DNA of 64,000 nt from an uncultured Gammaproteobacteria bacterium (lineage in GTDB: Bacteria; Patescibacteriota; Microgenomatia; CAYQLK01): NCBI GenBank assembly GCA_964404855.1, contig CAYOLO010000002.1, positions 67,494 through 131,493 of the forward strand, given 5' to 3'. Shown piece after piece: positions 54,348 to 64,000 of the stretch; the first letter of the stretch is position 1, and each line of letters opens with the position of its first letter. The translations under genes and the position numbers were made by a program. Below the pieces are notes generated by a model. It saw only the letters and a list, made by a program, of their open reading frames with translations, was not told the DNA's origin and ran no database searches.

Positions 54348-55814
54348 TTATTTATTTAATTTTTTGATTTGAGATCTGGCGTGGGAAGTGACAACAAAAT
54401 TAAGCCAGTCTCTGTTTGGGAGTTTATCATTTTTGCTAGTAATAATCTCAACCACGTCGTGGCTTTTTAATTTGTGGTCGAGTGGCACTTGTTTGCTGTT
54501 TACCAAAGCACCTGTGCAATTGTTCCCAATTGTCGTGTGTACCGAGTATGCAAAATCAACTGGTGTAGATCCAACCGGTAAATCTTGCACATCACCCGCG
54601 GGCGTAAAAACAAAAATTCTTTCGCTGAAAAGATCAATTTTTAGACTTTCTAAGAGTTCTTCATTCGACTTAACATCATTTTGCCAAGAAGAAAGTCTGC
54701 GCATTATTTCTACTTTTCTTTCGTCCGCAACAAAGCCTTTATCTATTTCTTGACTTGATGAATGATGTTTTTTTTCGGAATAATGCCAATGCGAAGCAAC
54801 ACCATGTTCCGCCTCTTCATGCATAAATTCGTCACGAATCTGTACTTCAATAATATTTCCTCCTGGTCCAAATATTGCGGTATGGAGCGATTGATAACCA
54901 TTATTTTTAGGATTGGCAATATAATCTCTAAGATATCCAGGTAACGGCCTGTACGCTTTGTGCACATGTCCCAAAACTTTGTAACAGTTTTCGACATCTT
55001 TGACTATAATCCTCATCGCTAACAGATCGTAAATCTTGGTGATATCACCAGATATTTCTGGACGATTGAGTTTGCGATATAGAGAGTAAATATGTTTTTT
55101 TCTGGATTGAATTTTGTATTCAATTTTGTGGTTTTCTAAAATCTCAGATATTTTTCTTTCTGCTTCTGAAAGAGACTTGTCTAATTTTTCAAAACCTTTG
55201 GTTGCAACCTCAAGTGTTTCTTGGTATTTATCTGGATATAAATAAGGAAAGCTAAGATCTTCTAATAATCCTTTCATTTCACCAATTCCTAATCTTTCAG
55301 CAAGAGGTGCAAACACTTCAAGCGTTTCTTTGGCAATTCTCTCCTGTTTGTGTGCTGGTAAAAATTCTAAAGTCTGCATATTGTGTGTTCTGTCAGCAAG
55401 TCTAATAATTGCTACTCTAATATCGTTGGAAGCAGCTAGGAACATTTTGCGAAGGTTTTCGACAAATTCTTCTTTATCCGAAGTCAGTCTAATTGATTTG
55501 AGATTAGTTACGCCTTCAACTAATTCATTGACTTTGGAGCCAAATTCTTTTTCCAAATCTTTGGATGTAACAGCTGTATCTTCGAGTGTGTCGTGCAGAA
55601 GGGCTGCGGCAATCGCAGCAGTGTCATACATATTAAAATCAATTAAAATTGAGGCAACATTAAGCGGATGGACGATATACGGATCGCCGGATGCGCGCTT
55701 CTGAGTATCGTGCGCTAAATTCGCGTATTCGTAAGCTTTCTTAATAAATCCCGTGTCGACGTCTGGTGCGACTTTTTTAAATTTTTGTTCAAGCTCGTTG
55801 TATGTTTTTATCAC
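54348..55814 (-). CDS. rel: Short bifunctional (p)ppGpp synthetase/hydrolase Rel (HD + synthetase + TGS; no ACT/RRM C-terminus)
   Basis: HD motif LLHDTLEDT; synthetase RIIVKD...YQSLHTAIFGPGGNIIEVQIR; TGS IFVFTPAGDVQDLPVGSTPVDFAY; 488 aa. Confidence 0.85.
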   Translation of the reverse strand: MIKTYNELEQKFKKVAPDVDTGFIKKAYEYANLAHDTQKRASGDPYIVHPLNVASILIDFNMYDTAAIAAALLHDTLEDTAVTSKDLEKEFGSKVNELVEGVTNLKSIRLTSDKEEFVENLRKMFLAASNDIRVAIIRLADRTHNMQTLEFLPAHKQERIAKETLEVFAPLAERLGIGEMKGLLEDLSFPYLYPDKYQETLEVATKGFEKLDKSLSEAERKISEILENHKIEYKIQSRKKHIYSLYRKLNRPEISGDITKIYDLLAMRIIVKDVENCYKVLGHVHKAYRPLPGYLRDYIANPKNNGYQSLHTAIFGPGGNIIEVQIRDEFMHEEAEHGVASHWHYSEKKHHSSSQEIDKGFVADERKVEIMRRLSSWQNDVKSNEELLESLKIDLFSERIFVFTPAGDVQDLPVGSTPVDFAYSVHTTIGNNCTGALVNSKQVPLDHKLKSHDVVEIITSKNDKLPNRDWLNFVVTSHARSQIKKLNK

Positions 55815-57513
55815 CTGTTTTAGCTAAATCGATTAATACCAGCTGCAAACTACTTCTGCCATTAAACTCGTTGAGGTTTAGACTGAATATTATATCAATA
55901 TAGTCACCATATCTAATTGACGAACTTTTTTCTGCTAGGCGAAACCCGATACATGAAATGTTTTCTAAATCAATTTTAATATGCGACTGGTCTGATCCAA
56001 CTTTTGAAATTCGCTTAACCAATTGATTTTTTAACAAAAAAACTGGCTCTAAGTTACTGTTTCCAAATGGGCGGAGTTTTTGAATCTGATTATATAAATC
56101 CAAATTGACGTGATGAGGTGAAAGCTCTGCTTCAACAACAATCTCTTTATAAAATTTTTGATTTTCATATTTTTTTTCAAAATATTCATAAATTGATTTT
56201 TTAAGTTTGGCGATATTTTCAGTCTTGACAGTAAATCCCGCAGCCATTGTATGGCCCCCAACATCTTCGAGTAAATCCTGTGACGACGTGCGGAGCAACT
56301 CTGTGATATCGACACCGGCAACGGATCTAGCAGAACCTTTGGAAAAAAGTTTACCTCTGGAAATTATAATTGTTGGCTTATTAAATTTATCATTTATCCT
56401 TCCTGCAATTAAACCAATTATTCCTTCATGCCAATCTGGAGAATCTAGAATAATAATTTTTTTATTTTCATCAACTAGTTTGAATGCGTCGGCAACTCCA
56501 GTCATTGTAAGATTTTGTCTTTTAATGTTTGTTTCCTCTAAAATTTTTGATAGCTCCTTGGCTTTTTGAGGACTATTAGTACAGTAGAGTCTTAGTGACT
56601 GTATCGCATTATCAAGCCTCCCCATTGCGTTAATTCTTGGAGCAATAATATGACCCAGATGATACTCGTCCATTTTGGACTTTTGAATTGAAGCCACACT
56701 ATATAATTCGACGAGGCCTGGCCTTTTTGTTGTTCGAAGATATTCAAGCCCATGCTTAACAATCGCCCGATTATGAGAGGTGAGTGGCATCTGATCAGCA
56801 ATGGTAGCAATCGAGGCAATTGAAAGTTTTTCGTAAATATTTTCCAATGGTAGTTTAAAATGCTTGTGCAACTCATAAGATAACTTCCAAGAAACAGCAG
56901 CCCCACAAATTAATGTTGTGTGAATAAGTGAATAAGGACTTGGTGATTTGTCTGGAATAATATGATGGTCGGTCAAAATAACGTCAATCCCAAGAGATTT
57001 GGCATATTCTATTTCTTCAACTGCGGTTACTCCATGATCAACGGAAATAATTAAACTGACTCCAGTGTCTGAAACAGACTTTATTCCTACTTTTGAAAAT
57101 CCATAACCTTCCTTAATTCTGTCAGGTATATATGGCATTACATCTGCACCCAGACTTTTAAGCGTTTCCCAAAGAATCGCTGCAGCTGAAATACCGTCAG
57201 CATCATAATCTGAATAAACTGAGATTTTTTCTTTATTTTTTATGGCTTTTTCGATTCTTGAAATAGATTTTTTCATATCCTCAAAAACCATTTCAGTGAT
57301 TCCATTTAAACTTGGTGAAAGAAAATCCTCTATATCTTCGGTTGTAATTATGTTTCTGTTTTGAAGCAAAATATCAAACAAGTCTGGTAAGGTAAGATTA
57401 AGCGATGACTTTTTTGTTTGTATTTTCCAAATTGTATCTTGAGACATATTAAAAAGTGTTTGATTATTTAAGCTAAAATAGACAGAATTAACAATATACT
57501 CTTTTTGATACAA
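55789..57513 (-). CDS. recJ: Single-stranded-DNA-specific exonuclease RecJ
   Basis: DHH motifs VYSDYDADGISA, IISVDHGV, DHH-associated DHHI. Confidence 0.85.
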   Translation of the reverse strand: MYQKEYIVNSVYFSLNNQTLFNMSQDTIWKIQTKKSSLNLTLPDLFDILLQNRNIITTEDIEDFLSPSLNGITEMVFEDMKKSISRIEKAIKNKEKISVYSDYDADGISAAAILWETLKSLGADVMPYIPDRIKEGYGFSKVGIKSVSDTGVSLIISVDHGVTAVEEIEYAKSLGIDVILTDHHIIPDKSPSPYSLIHTTLICGAAVSWKLSYELHKHFKLPLENIYEKLSIASIATIADQMPLTSHNRAIVKHGLEYLRTTKRPGLVELYSVASIQKSKMDEYHLGHIIAPRINAMGRLDNAIQSLRLYCTNSPQKAKELSKILEETNIKRQNLTMTGVADAFKLVDENKKIIILDSPDWHEGIIGLIAGRINDKFNKPTIIISRGKLFSKGSARSVAGVDITELLRTSSQDLLEDVGGHTMAAGFTVKTENIAKLKKSIYEYFEKKYENQKFYKEIVVEAELSPHHVNLDLYNQIQKLRPFGNSNLEPVFLLKNQLVKRISKVGSDQSHIKIDLENISCIGFRLAEKSSSIRYGDYIDIIFSLNLNEFNGRSSLQLVLIDLAKTGDKNIQRA

Positions 57514-57515
57514 AT

Positions 57516-58880
57516 ATGAATTTTAATGATATTCCAAATGACGTGATTTCAATCTTAGATGTTTTTGAAAAAAACAAATTTGAAATTGCGATTGTTGGAG
57601 GAGCGGTGAGAAACTTAATAATCGATCACAAGGTCAAAGACTGGGACTTTGCGACCAATGCCACACCTGAACAAATATTAGAAATGTTTGAAGGATTTTA
57701 TGACAATACGTTTGGCACAGTAAGAGTCAAGACTAATGATAATTTCTATGAAATTACAACTTACCGAAGTGAGTTGGGATTTTCTGACAGCAGACGACCA
57801 GATAAAGTTGTGTGGGGCAAGTCGTTAGCCGATGACTTATCGAGAAGAGATTTTACGGTTAATGCGATGGCAATTCTAAGAAAAAATGACAAGTTTGAAC
57901 TAGTCGATCCGTTTAATGGCAAGGACGATTTGGATCATAAAATAATCCGTTCTGTAGGAAATGCTAACGACAGGTTTATAGAAGACGGACTAAGAGTAAT
58001 TAGGGCAATAAGATTTGCGATTCAGTTAAACTTCAAAATTGAAGAGGAAACTTTTCATGCACTTACCGAACAAAGGTTTATTTTGTTAAAAATCGCAAAC
58101 GAAAGAATTAGAGATGAATTTTTAAAAATAGCATTGAGTTGTGATTCTTATGAACATTTTATGCTTTTGTGGGACTCAAAAGTTATTGAAATAATTCTTC
58201 CCGAACTTGCCAAATGTTTCGGTGTCGAGCAAAAAAGTCCAAACAGACACCATAATTATGATGTATGGAAACATAATGTAATGTCTATGATAATGTGCCC
58301 ATCTAACGACTGTGTTGTTAAATTTGCAGCACTAATTCACGATATTGGTAAACCATTAGTTGCAGATATCACCGAAGAAGGAGTAAGAACTTTTTATAAT
58401 CACGATATTGTTGGGGGGCAAATAGCTAAACAAATTTGTGCTAGATGGAATATGTCAAAAATTGATACCACTAGAATATACAAATTAGTTAGATGGCATT
58501 TATTTTCGGTCAACGAATTCCAAACCGATAAAGCGATTCGTCGATTTATTAGAAATATTGGTGAGGAAAATATTCAAGATATTATTGATGTAAGAACTGG
58601 CGATCGATTAGGTAGTGGCTCAACTAGAGAAAGCTGGCGTCTGAGGAAGTTCCGCGAAAGGCTGGTCGAAGTAAATAAAACAAATTTTGAAATCAAAGAT
58701 CTTAAGATAAATGGTGTTGATGTTATGAAAATTTTTGATATTAAACCTGGACCAAATATCAGAAAAGTACTTGAATCAGTTTTTGAAAAAGTAGACTCAG
58801 ATGAACTAAAAAACGAAAGAGATGTGTTACTTAGTTATCTTAACGAACTAAGATCGTCTAATTTTTTGAAACAAAATTAA
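57516..58880 (+). CDS. cca: CCA-adding tRNA nucleotidyltransferase with HD domain
   Basis: IVGGAVRNLIID...RRDFTVNAMA head domain; HDIGKP HD motif. Confidence 0.85.
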   Translation: MNFNDIPNDVISILDVFEKNKFEIAIVGGAVRNLIIDHKVKDWDFATNATPEQILEMFEGFYDNTFGTVRVKTNDNFYEITTYRSELGFSDSRRPDKVVWGKSLADDLSRRDFTVNAMAILRKNDKFELVDPFNGKDDLDHKIIRSVGNANDRFIEDGLRVIRAIRFAIQLNFKIEEETFHALTEQRFILLKIANERIRDEFLKIALSCDSYEHFMLLWDSKVIEIILPELAKCFGVEQKSPNRHHNYDVWKHNVMSMIMCPSNDCVVKFAALIHDIGKPLVADITEEGVRTFYNHDIVGGQIAKQICARWNMSKIDTTRIYKLVRWHLFSVNEFQTDKAIRRFIRNIGEENIQDIIDVRTGDRLGSGSTRESWRLRKFRERLVEVNKTNFEIKDLKINGVDVMKIFDIKPGPNIRKVLESVFEKVDSDELKNERDVLLSYLNELRSSNFLKQN

Positions 58881-59729
58881 TATTGGGGTTGCAACAAAAA
58901 TTGAAGAGTAAGTACCGCAAATTACACCAATTAATAGAGTAACAACAAACCACCTAATCGATTCACCGCCAAATATTGTCAATGCCACTAACACGAAAAT
59001 AACCGTGAGTGATGTATTAAGTGATCGTACTATTGTCTGCAAAACGGAGTTGTCTAAATTTTTAATAAAGTTTTTCTCTGGGTGACGGATTAAATTTTCC
59101 CTAGCCCTGTCAAAAGTAACAATAGTGTCGTGAACGGAAAACCCAAAAATCGTAAGAATAGCTGTGATAAATAATGTATCTACTTCTGCGCCGAAATATT
59201 TGCCTAATACCGCATAGATACCAATTGTAATTACCACATCATGAAATAATGCTAAAACAGCAGAAAGTCCGAAAGCTAATGGGGTAGTAGGTTTAGGTAC
59301 TTTTCTAAAAGCCCAGGTAATATAAATAATAATTGCTAAAAGTGCTAAACCCATAGAAACAAATGCTTGTTTGGTTATTTCTTCCGATACACTTGGTCCA
59401 ATGATTTCTAGATTGAGTTCTTTGGGGTTGAATGACTCAAGTTCTTTGTTAAGATTTTTGAGGTTTTCAGCTGTGGTTGGTTTAAAACGAATTTGGTATG
59501 ATTTTTCTCCACTTTGTTGAATGCTTACTAATTCGTTTTGTGTCTTAGAAGATGCATCTTCAACAAGTTTTCTGTCAGGTAGATTTTCAAACTCAAGTTC
59601 GTATTTAGTTCCCCCAGTGAAATCAATACCGAGTTTAAGCCTGAAAACTACAATCGATATAATCGAGGCGATAAAAATTACGATTGAAATTATAAAAAAT
59701 ATATTTCTGACTCTATCAAAACGGTTCAT
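58848..59729 (-). CDS. secF: Protein translocase subunit SecF
   Basis: LGIDFTGGT motif, six TM helices. Confidence 0.85.
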   Translation of the reverse strand: MNRFDRVRNIFFIISIVIFIASIISIVVFRLKLGIDFTGGTKYELEFENLPDRKLVEDASSKTQNELVSIQQSGEKSYQIRFKPTTAENLKNLNKELESFNPKELNLEIIGPSVSEEITKQAFVSMGLALLAIIIYITWAFRKVPKPTTPLAFGLSAVLALFHDVVITIGIYAVLGKYFGAEVDTLFITAILTIFGFSVHDTIVTFDRARENLIRHPEKNFIKNLDNSVLQTIVRSLNTSLTVIFVLVALTIFGGESIRWFVVTLLIGVICGTYSSIFVATPILILFQKIRRS

Positions 59730-59732
59730 AAA

Positions 59733-60038
59733 TTATTTTGCTGATAATACATCTTCTAATATTTCATCTTCTATCTTGATCGTAATCTCCTCTAACTTAA
59801 TTTCAAATTTGGCAATTCTTGAGTTGAGAAAGTTTTTTGTTTTTTTATCATCATCTTCGGAAATTAAAAGTAAAAGTTTCTTTTTATCCTCCTCTGGGAG
59901 TAATTGAAGCAAGTTATCGAGTAGTTTGGTTTGGTAGAGATTGGCAATAAGTGGCCAAACCTTGTTTGACTGACTTTCGCTTAGACTATCGAGGTTTAAT
60001 TTTTTTAATAATGATTTTTTCTTTACGCTTACTAACAT
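59733..60038 (-). CDS. Small hypothetical coiled-coil protein between secD and secF
   Basis: 101 aa, K/E/L-rich. Confidence 0.35.
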   Translation of the reverse strand: MLVSVKKKSLLKKLNLDSLSESQSNKVWPLIANLYQTKLLDNLLQLLPEEDKKKLLLLISEDDDKKTKNFLNSRIAKFEIKLEEITIKIEDEILEDVLSAK

Positions 60039-60048
60039 AGCTTTGTTT

Positions 60049-61026
60049 TTAATAATTTATATTAACAGGTCCAAGAGGAATTTTATTCTCTGGATCGTCG
60101 ACAAAAAATAACAAAATTTCTCCCTTTGCTGGCTTATCCCAGGCTCTCATATATTGCATAATTTCCGGAGAACCTCCGTAGGCTTTACCAACCCATTCAG
60201 CGGGTCCCGCATCACCAATGACACCAACCACTGCCTTACCGTTTACAGGGTTAAGTGCGACGACCTTGCGATGTTTAAACCATTTATAGGCTTCTTTAAC
60301 ATTGCCTTTCCAATTGGGTGATAGAAATGTTTGGACAGCAAAGTAATATTTTTCTTTTTCAGTTAAATCAGGCGTCAAGGCTTGTTTGGTCGGCGCAAAA
60401 TATCCCCACGCGCTACGACCTGGCGTCATTCCTGATTTGGCGTACTTTGCAAAATCTTCTGGATTTTGAAGTTGATCAGAAACTGTATCACCTGGATATC
60501 TTGGCATGTGCTGTTCCCCACCAATTTTTCCAAAACTCTTATTTAATCTAAATCCTTCAAGCTCTGGGGTTGCTTTAGTGCCTGTGATTTGTGATACAAA
60601 ACCAGAAAGTTCTTGTGCTTGTTCGTTTGAAACGTTAGGACCTGCTTGTAATGATTGTTGAATACTGGCCAATAATTGAGCATTACTAACTACTAGTGTT
60701 TCTTTGGCTTGAGCTTGTGCAACTTGAGTCGATGGATAATTTTGAATCGCACTAGCAGCAGATGGGACTGCCGGCAACATCGAAGATGTCAGCATCGCCG
60801 CTGATAAAACCGGAACGGTCACAAAGTGAACTAGTTTTGGAAATAAATTCTCTACAGGTATACCAACACTTGCAGCCCAACTAAGTACGGCTTGGTGTTT
60901 TTCACTTAAAGCACTAAGCGCTTTCTGTTGACTGGATTCTAAAACATTAAACAGTTTCTCAAAAAAATCTGGAGCAATTTCGGATTTAGTGTTTTTGGGT
61001 GCGTGATTTTCGGCAGAATTTTCCAT
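60049..61026 (-). CDS. Hypothetical protein with C-terminal RlpA-like double-psi beta-barrel (DPBB) signature
   Basis: KVVALNPVNGKAVVGVIGDAGP resembles RlpA/expansin DPBB motif V.V.N..NGKSV.VRINDRGP; G+C slightly elevated. Confidence 0.45.
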   Translation of the reverse strand: MENSAENHAPKNTKSEIAPDFFEKLFNVLESSQQKALSALSEKHQAVLSWAASVGIPVENLFPKLVHFVTVPVLSAAMLTSSMLPAVPSAASAIQNYPSTQVAQAQAKETLVVSNAQLLASIQQSLQAGPNVSNEQAQELSGFVSQITGTKATPELEGFRLNKSFGKIGGEQHMPRYPGDTVSDQLQNPEDFAKYAKSGMTPGRSAWGYFAPTKQALTPDLTEKEKYYFAVQTFLSPNWKGNVKEAYKWFKHRKVVALNPVNGKAVVGVIGDAGPAEWVGKAYGGSPEIMQYMRAWDKPAKGEILLFFVDDPENKIPLGPVNINY

Positions 61027-61028
61027 AT

Positions 61029-62435
61029 TTATTTATAAAAAATCTTAAGTAGTCTTCGACTAAAAGTTATAGCTGAAAACATTGATATTAGTACACCAAT
61101 GGCAAGTGTAATCGCAAAACCTTTAACAATTGAAGATCCAAAATAAAACAGGATGGCGGCTGTAATTAACGACGAAACATTCGAGTCACGAATCGAACTC
61201 CAAGCCCTATCGAACCCAAGATTGACCGCAACTCTTGTATCTCTGCCTCTTTTTTTCTCTTCTTTAATTCGTTCAAAGATTAAAATATTAGCATCAACGG
61301 CCATGCCAATTGATAAAACAAAACCTGCAATACCTGCGAGCGTTAAGGTAACAGGAACAAACTTAAAGATTGCGAAAGTTAGCAGAGTGTAAAAAATCAG
61401 AGCTACTGACGCTACTACCCCCAACCATCTGTAGTAGATGATCATGAAAATAATGACAGAAATTAATCCAACTATGGTTGCAATTAGACTTTTCTGCAGA
61501 GATTCACTACCTAGACTTGGCCCAACATTTGTTTGTTTGATTACTTCAATTGGTGCTGGTAATGCTCCACCATTTAATAGATTGGCTAAATTCTTTGCAC
61601 CTTGTGCGTCAAAATCTCCACTAATTTGTGCTGTTCCACCTGAAATTTTTTGCTGAACAGTCGGCTGTGTAATTAATTGTTCATCTAGAAATACGGCAAT
61701 TGGCTGACCAATATTGCGAGAGGTAATATCCTCAAACTTTTTTCCACCCTCACTAGTAAACTCGAGCGTGATTACATAGCTACCTGACGATGAAATACTA
61801 TTAGAAGTTCCAGACGCGGGAGTCGCAGTTGCCCTCTTAAGATCGTTCCCTGTTAGTTCTGTATCTTTGTATATTTCCTCTTCTTTGGTAAGTGATGCGG
61901 ACGCGCTAGCATCTCGTGCTTTCTCTGTTAACTCTTTATATTTTAGCTGGGCGGTTGTACCAATCAGACTTAAAGCTTGATTGACATCGCTAACACCAGC
62001 TAACTGAACATTAATCCGATAATCTTCACCAACCTTGGAGGTTTGAATAACCGGCTCAGACACGCCTAACCCATTTACTCGCCTTTCGATTATATCTCTG
62101 GCTGATTGCAAGGCTGCGTCTCTATCGGTAGATGGAATATTATCCATTTTGAGTCTTAGTGTGATATCTGCTCCACCCTGCAAGTCTAGACCGAGTTTAG
62201 GTTCAAGGTCGCGTTCAAAATTGATTCCTAACTTATTTAAATTGATTGTAGGATGAACGACAAAAACATCAATATTTTTGTTAAAAATATTAAACTTTAC
62301 CGGTGTACGTGGAATATCAATTGCAACTACTAAAACAAAGAATCCGAGTAAGAATAAAACACCAGTATGCCTAAGAACGAACTTAAGCGGTAAAAACAGA
62401 ACTCTTCTTGGTTTTGAGCCTTTGCGAAACAACAT
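61029..62435 (-). CDS. secD: Protein translocase subunit SecD
   Basis: LGLDLQGGADITL motif, periplasmic domain plus six C-terminal TM helices. Confidence 0.85.
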   Translation of the reverse strand: MLFRKGSKPRRVLFLPLKFVLRHTGVLFLLGFFVLVVAIDIPRTPVKFNIFNKNIDVFVVHPTINLNKLGINFERDLEPKLGLDLQGGADITLRLKMDNIPSTDRDAALQSARDIIERRVNGLGVSEPVIQTSKVGEDYRINVQLAGVSDVNQALSLIGTTAQLKYKELTEKARDASASASLTKEEEIYKDTELTGNDLKRATATPASGTSNSISSSGSYVITLEFTSEGGKKFEDITSRNIGQPIAVFLDEQLITQPTVQQKISGGTAQISGDFDAQGAKNLANLLNGGALPAPIEVIKQTNVGPSLGSESLQKSLIATIVGLISVIIFMIIYYRWLGVVASVALIFYTLLTFAIFKFVPVTLTLAGIAGFVLSIGMAVDANILIFERIKEEKKRGRDTRVAVNLGFDRAWSSIRDSNVSSLITAAILFYFGSSIVKGFAITLAIGVLISMFSAITFSRRLLKIFYK

Positions 62436-62441
62436 ATATCT

Positions 62442-63038
62442 CTAGGATACAACAGCTGCCTTAGCTCGCAAAAGGTCTTCTTCGTCCCCGATCAACATAA
62501 TTCTCGGAGATCTCAGCACTTCTTCAATGAATGGGTCGGTTCTGTTTTTTCTGAAAATAAATTCTTCCTCAGTCATAGGCGTAAAATTAATTTCTCTATC
62601 AATTCTAATTTCTTCGTCACGAACAATCTTAGCTAAATCTGCTAAAGCAACATCTCCTATAACAAGTAAATCAATTTTGTCTGGATTGTATGGTTTGCCT
62701 TTTGCAAATGACAAAGAAAGGGTTGCGAATTTTATTTTACCGAGTTTGGATTTGTTTTTAACAATTTTCCCGCCCAAACCGGATGTTTTGTACACCATAG
62801 AAAGCAAGTCCTGATATAAAATATTATCTGACCTAAAAAAATAGACTAGACGATTTGCCCGTCTTTCTGAAGTTAAGAAGCCAGACTCTTCAAGGTGGGA
62901 TAATTCTCTTCTGACCGCATTGATTTCTTCACTGGTTCGTCTGGTGATTTCGCGAACATGAAAAACTTCGTTTGGATTGGTAAGTAGTAGTTCAAGTATT
63001 TTTACTCTAACTTTGGAAACAATGAGATATTTAAGCAT
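62442..63038 (-). CDS. Hypothetical protein with N-terminal winged-helix (ArsR/MarR-like) DNA-binding region
   Basis: VKILELLLTNPNEVFHVREITRRTSEEINAVRRELSHLEESGFL. Confidence 0.4.
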   Translation of the reverse strand: MLKYLIVSKVRVKILELLLTNPNEVFHVREITRRTSEEINAVRRELSHLEESGFLTSERRANRLVYFFRSDNILYQDLLSMVYKTSGLGGKIVKNKSKLGKIKFATLSLSFAKGKPYNPDKIDLLVIGDVALADLAKIVRDEEIRIDREINFTPMTEEEFIFRKNRTDPFIEEVLRSPRIMLIGDEEDLLRAKAAVVS

Positions 63039-63116
63039 CTTTAGTGTAGATAGGCGAAATTGTACAACTATTTTACCCTAAATTATTAAGGGATTAAATA
63101 TTCAAGTATCTGCAAC

Positions 63117-64000
63117 TTAATTGTAAGTTACGTCCTGCTCAGAAAATGTAGGCACAGTCTGAATCCAAATTTGCCCACGGTTTAACTCAACCTCTTTACC
63201 TGTTTTAGCGTCAGTAAAGATTGAGCGATCTAGTCTTGTTTTTTTGTTCCATTTTATAGCAGTTGCGATTCCGTCTTGAAACAATAGTCCAGTTCCCACC
63301 CCTTTGTTGTCATAGAGTAAGTGCTGACCTGCATCATACCCATCATCAGCAACAGACTCTTCTTGAAATTGAACAATAACTACTTTTGGAGATACAGTTA
63401 AACTGTTTGTTGTGTCTGTGAAAGCACCTGTACTTGTATGACTTCTATCGTAGGTGTTAGTAGTTGGATTATATGTCCAATTGACTCCATAGTCGGCAAT
63501 AGATTGTGTCCAAAATGGTACAAATATTTTACTGGCTGTAGCAGACGCAGAAACAGAATCATCTTTGAATTTCCAAGGAACAAAACTCGCATCCCATTTT
63601 TCTCCATCAACCTCAGAGCCCCAATCACGGTCTTGACCAGCCTTCCAAAGTTTTTCTGTTGTAGTATGCACATTGTGTGGTGCGACACGGTCTGCACCCC
63701 TCCAGTAAGTTGGGAACCCTAAGCCGAATTGATCCATATCTCTAATTCCATAATCGATTATTTGCCCGAGAGCGTTGGCTGGACCAGGCGTATTAGCTCC
63801 ACCTACATGAGCATAGAGGGCACCATTGTATTCAGAAAGCCAATCAAGAAAATATGTTCTCGCAGATCTGACAGGGTGGATGTCACCGGCATCTTGACAC
63901 AAAAACATTGCCATAAAACGAGTTATTCCACCTTCTGCAACTGCTTCGTAGACAACGTCGGCGTGAGTTAAGCCACCTTGAGGTCTAGCGTCAGTTGAGT
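63117..64000 (-). CDS. DUF3048-like secreted protein (partial; N-terminus beyond window end)
   Basis: Frame stays open upstream of Met 63914 to the window edge (...YEAVAEGGITRFMAMFLCQDAGDIHPVR); the AEGGITRF motif resembles YerB/DUF3048 proteins. Confidence 0.45.
   Translation of the reverse strand, partial: STDARPQGGLTHADVVYEAVAEGGITRFMAMFLCQDAGDIHPVRSARTYFLDWLSEYNGALYAHVGGANTPGPANALGQIIDYGIRDMDQFGLGFPTYWRGADRVAPHNVHTTTEKLWKAGQDRDWGSEVDGEKWDASFVPWKFKDDSVSASATASKIFVPFWTQSIADYGVNWTYNPTTNTYDRSHTSTGAFTDTTNSLTVSPKVVIVQFQEESVADDGYDAGQHLLYDNKGVGTGLLFQDGIATAIKWNKKTRLDRSIFTDAKTGKEVELNRGQIWIQTVPTFSEQDVTYN

Overview
The window is about 64 kb of low-GC bacterial chromosome, by eye roughly one-third G+C. 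Most genes are compact, many overlap, and most are on the minus strand. The content looks like a reduced-genome, Patescibacteria/CPR-like organism; this is a tentative call from gene content and style only.

The backbone is housekeeping: secA (partial), serS, lysS, greA, tRNA-Glu, an H+-pyrophosphatase, lon, lgt, the nrdR-nrdJ operon with NrdR boxes, a polyprenyl synthase, an ABC-F ATPase, tag, gltX, a short-type aspS, a short rel, recJ, cca, and secD/secF split by two inserted genes.

The most interesting element is a tight minus-strand operon, about 36.05 to 31.77 kb, that looks like a minimal TOMM/LAP-type RiPP cluster. It comprises:
- A sigma70-like promoter.
- Two paralogous small ORFs with Ser/Cys/Thr/Gly-rich C-termini. 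One is a 47-codon GTG-start ORF with a strong SD that is absent from the ORF track.
- A YcaO cyclodehydratase.
- A SagB-type FMN dehydrogenase.
- A translationally coupled ABC-F ATPase.
- No E1-like C protein is present in the window.

The cluster sits directly downstream of a type IV pilin plus a large repeat-domain surface protein.

Three high-GC inserts stand out against the AT-rich background:
- A class I fructose-bisphosphate aldolase islet with its own TTGACA-16-TATAAT promoter, duplicated 41-42 bp repeats and flanking terminators.
- A two-gene mini cassette at 15.85-16.33 kb.
- A roughly 600 bp islet at 41.4-42.05 kb encoding a small membrane protein, bounded by a 28 bp perfect palindrome.

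An intact tRNA-Gln(CTG) has two upstream 5'-half pseudo-copies and a downstream 16 nt 3'-end repeat, which looks like a decayed integration hotspot. No CRISPR array, rRNA or obvious transposase was seen.
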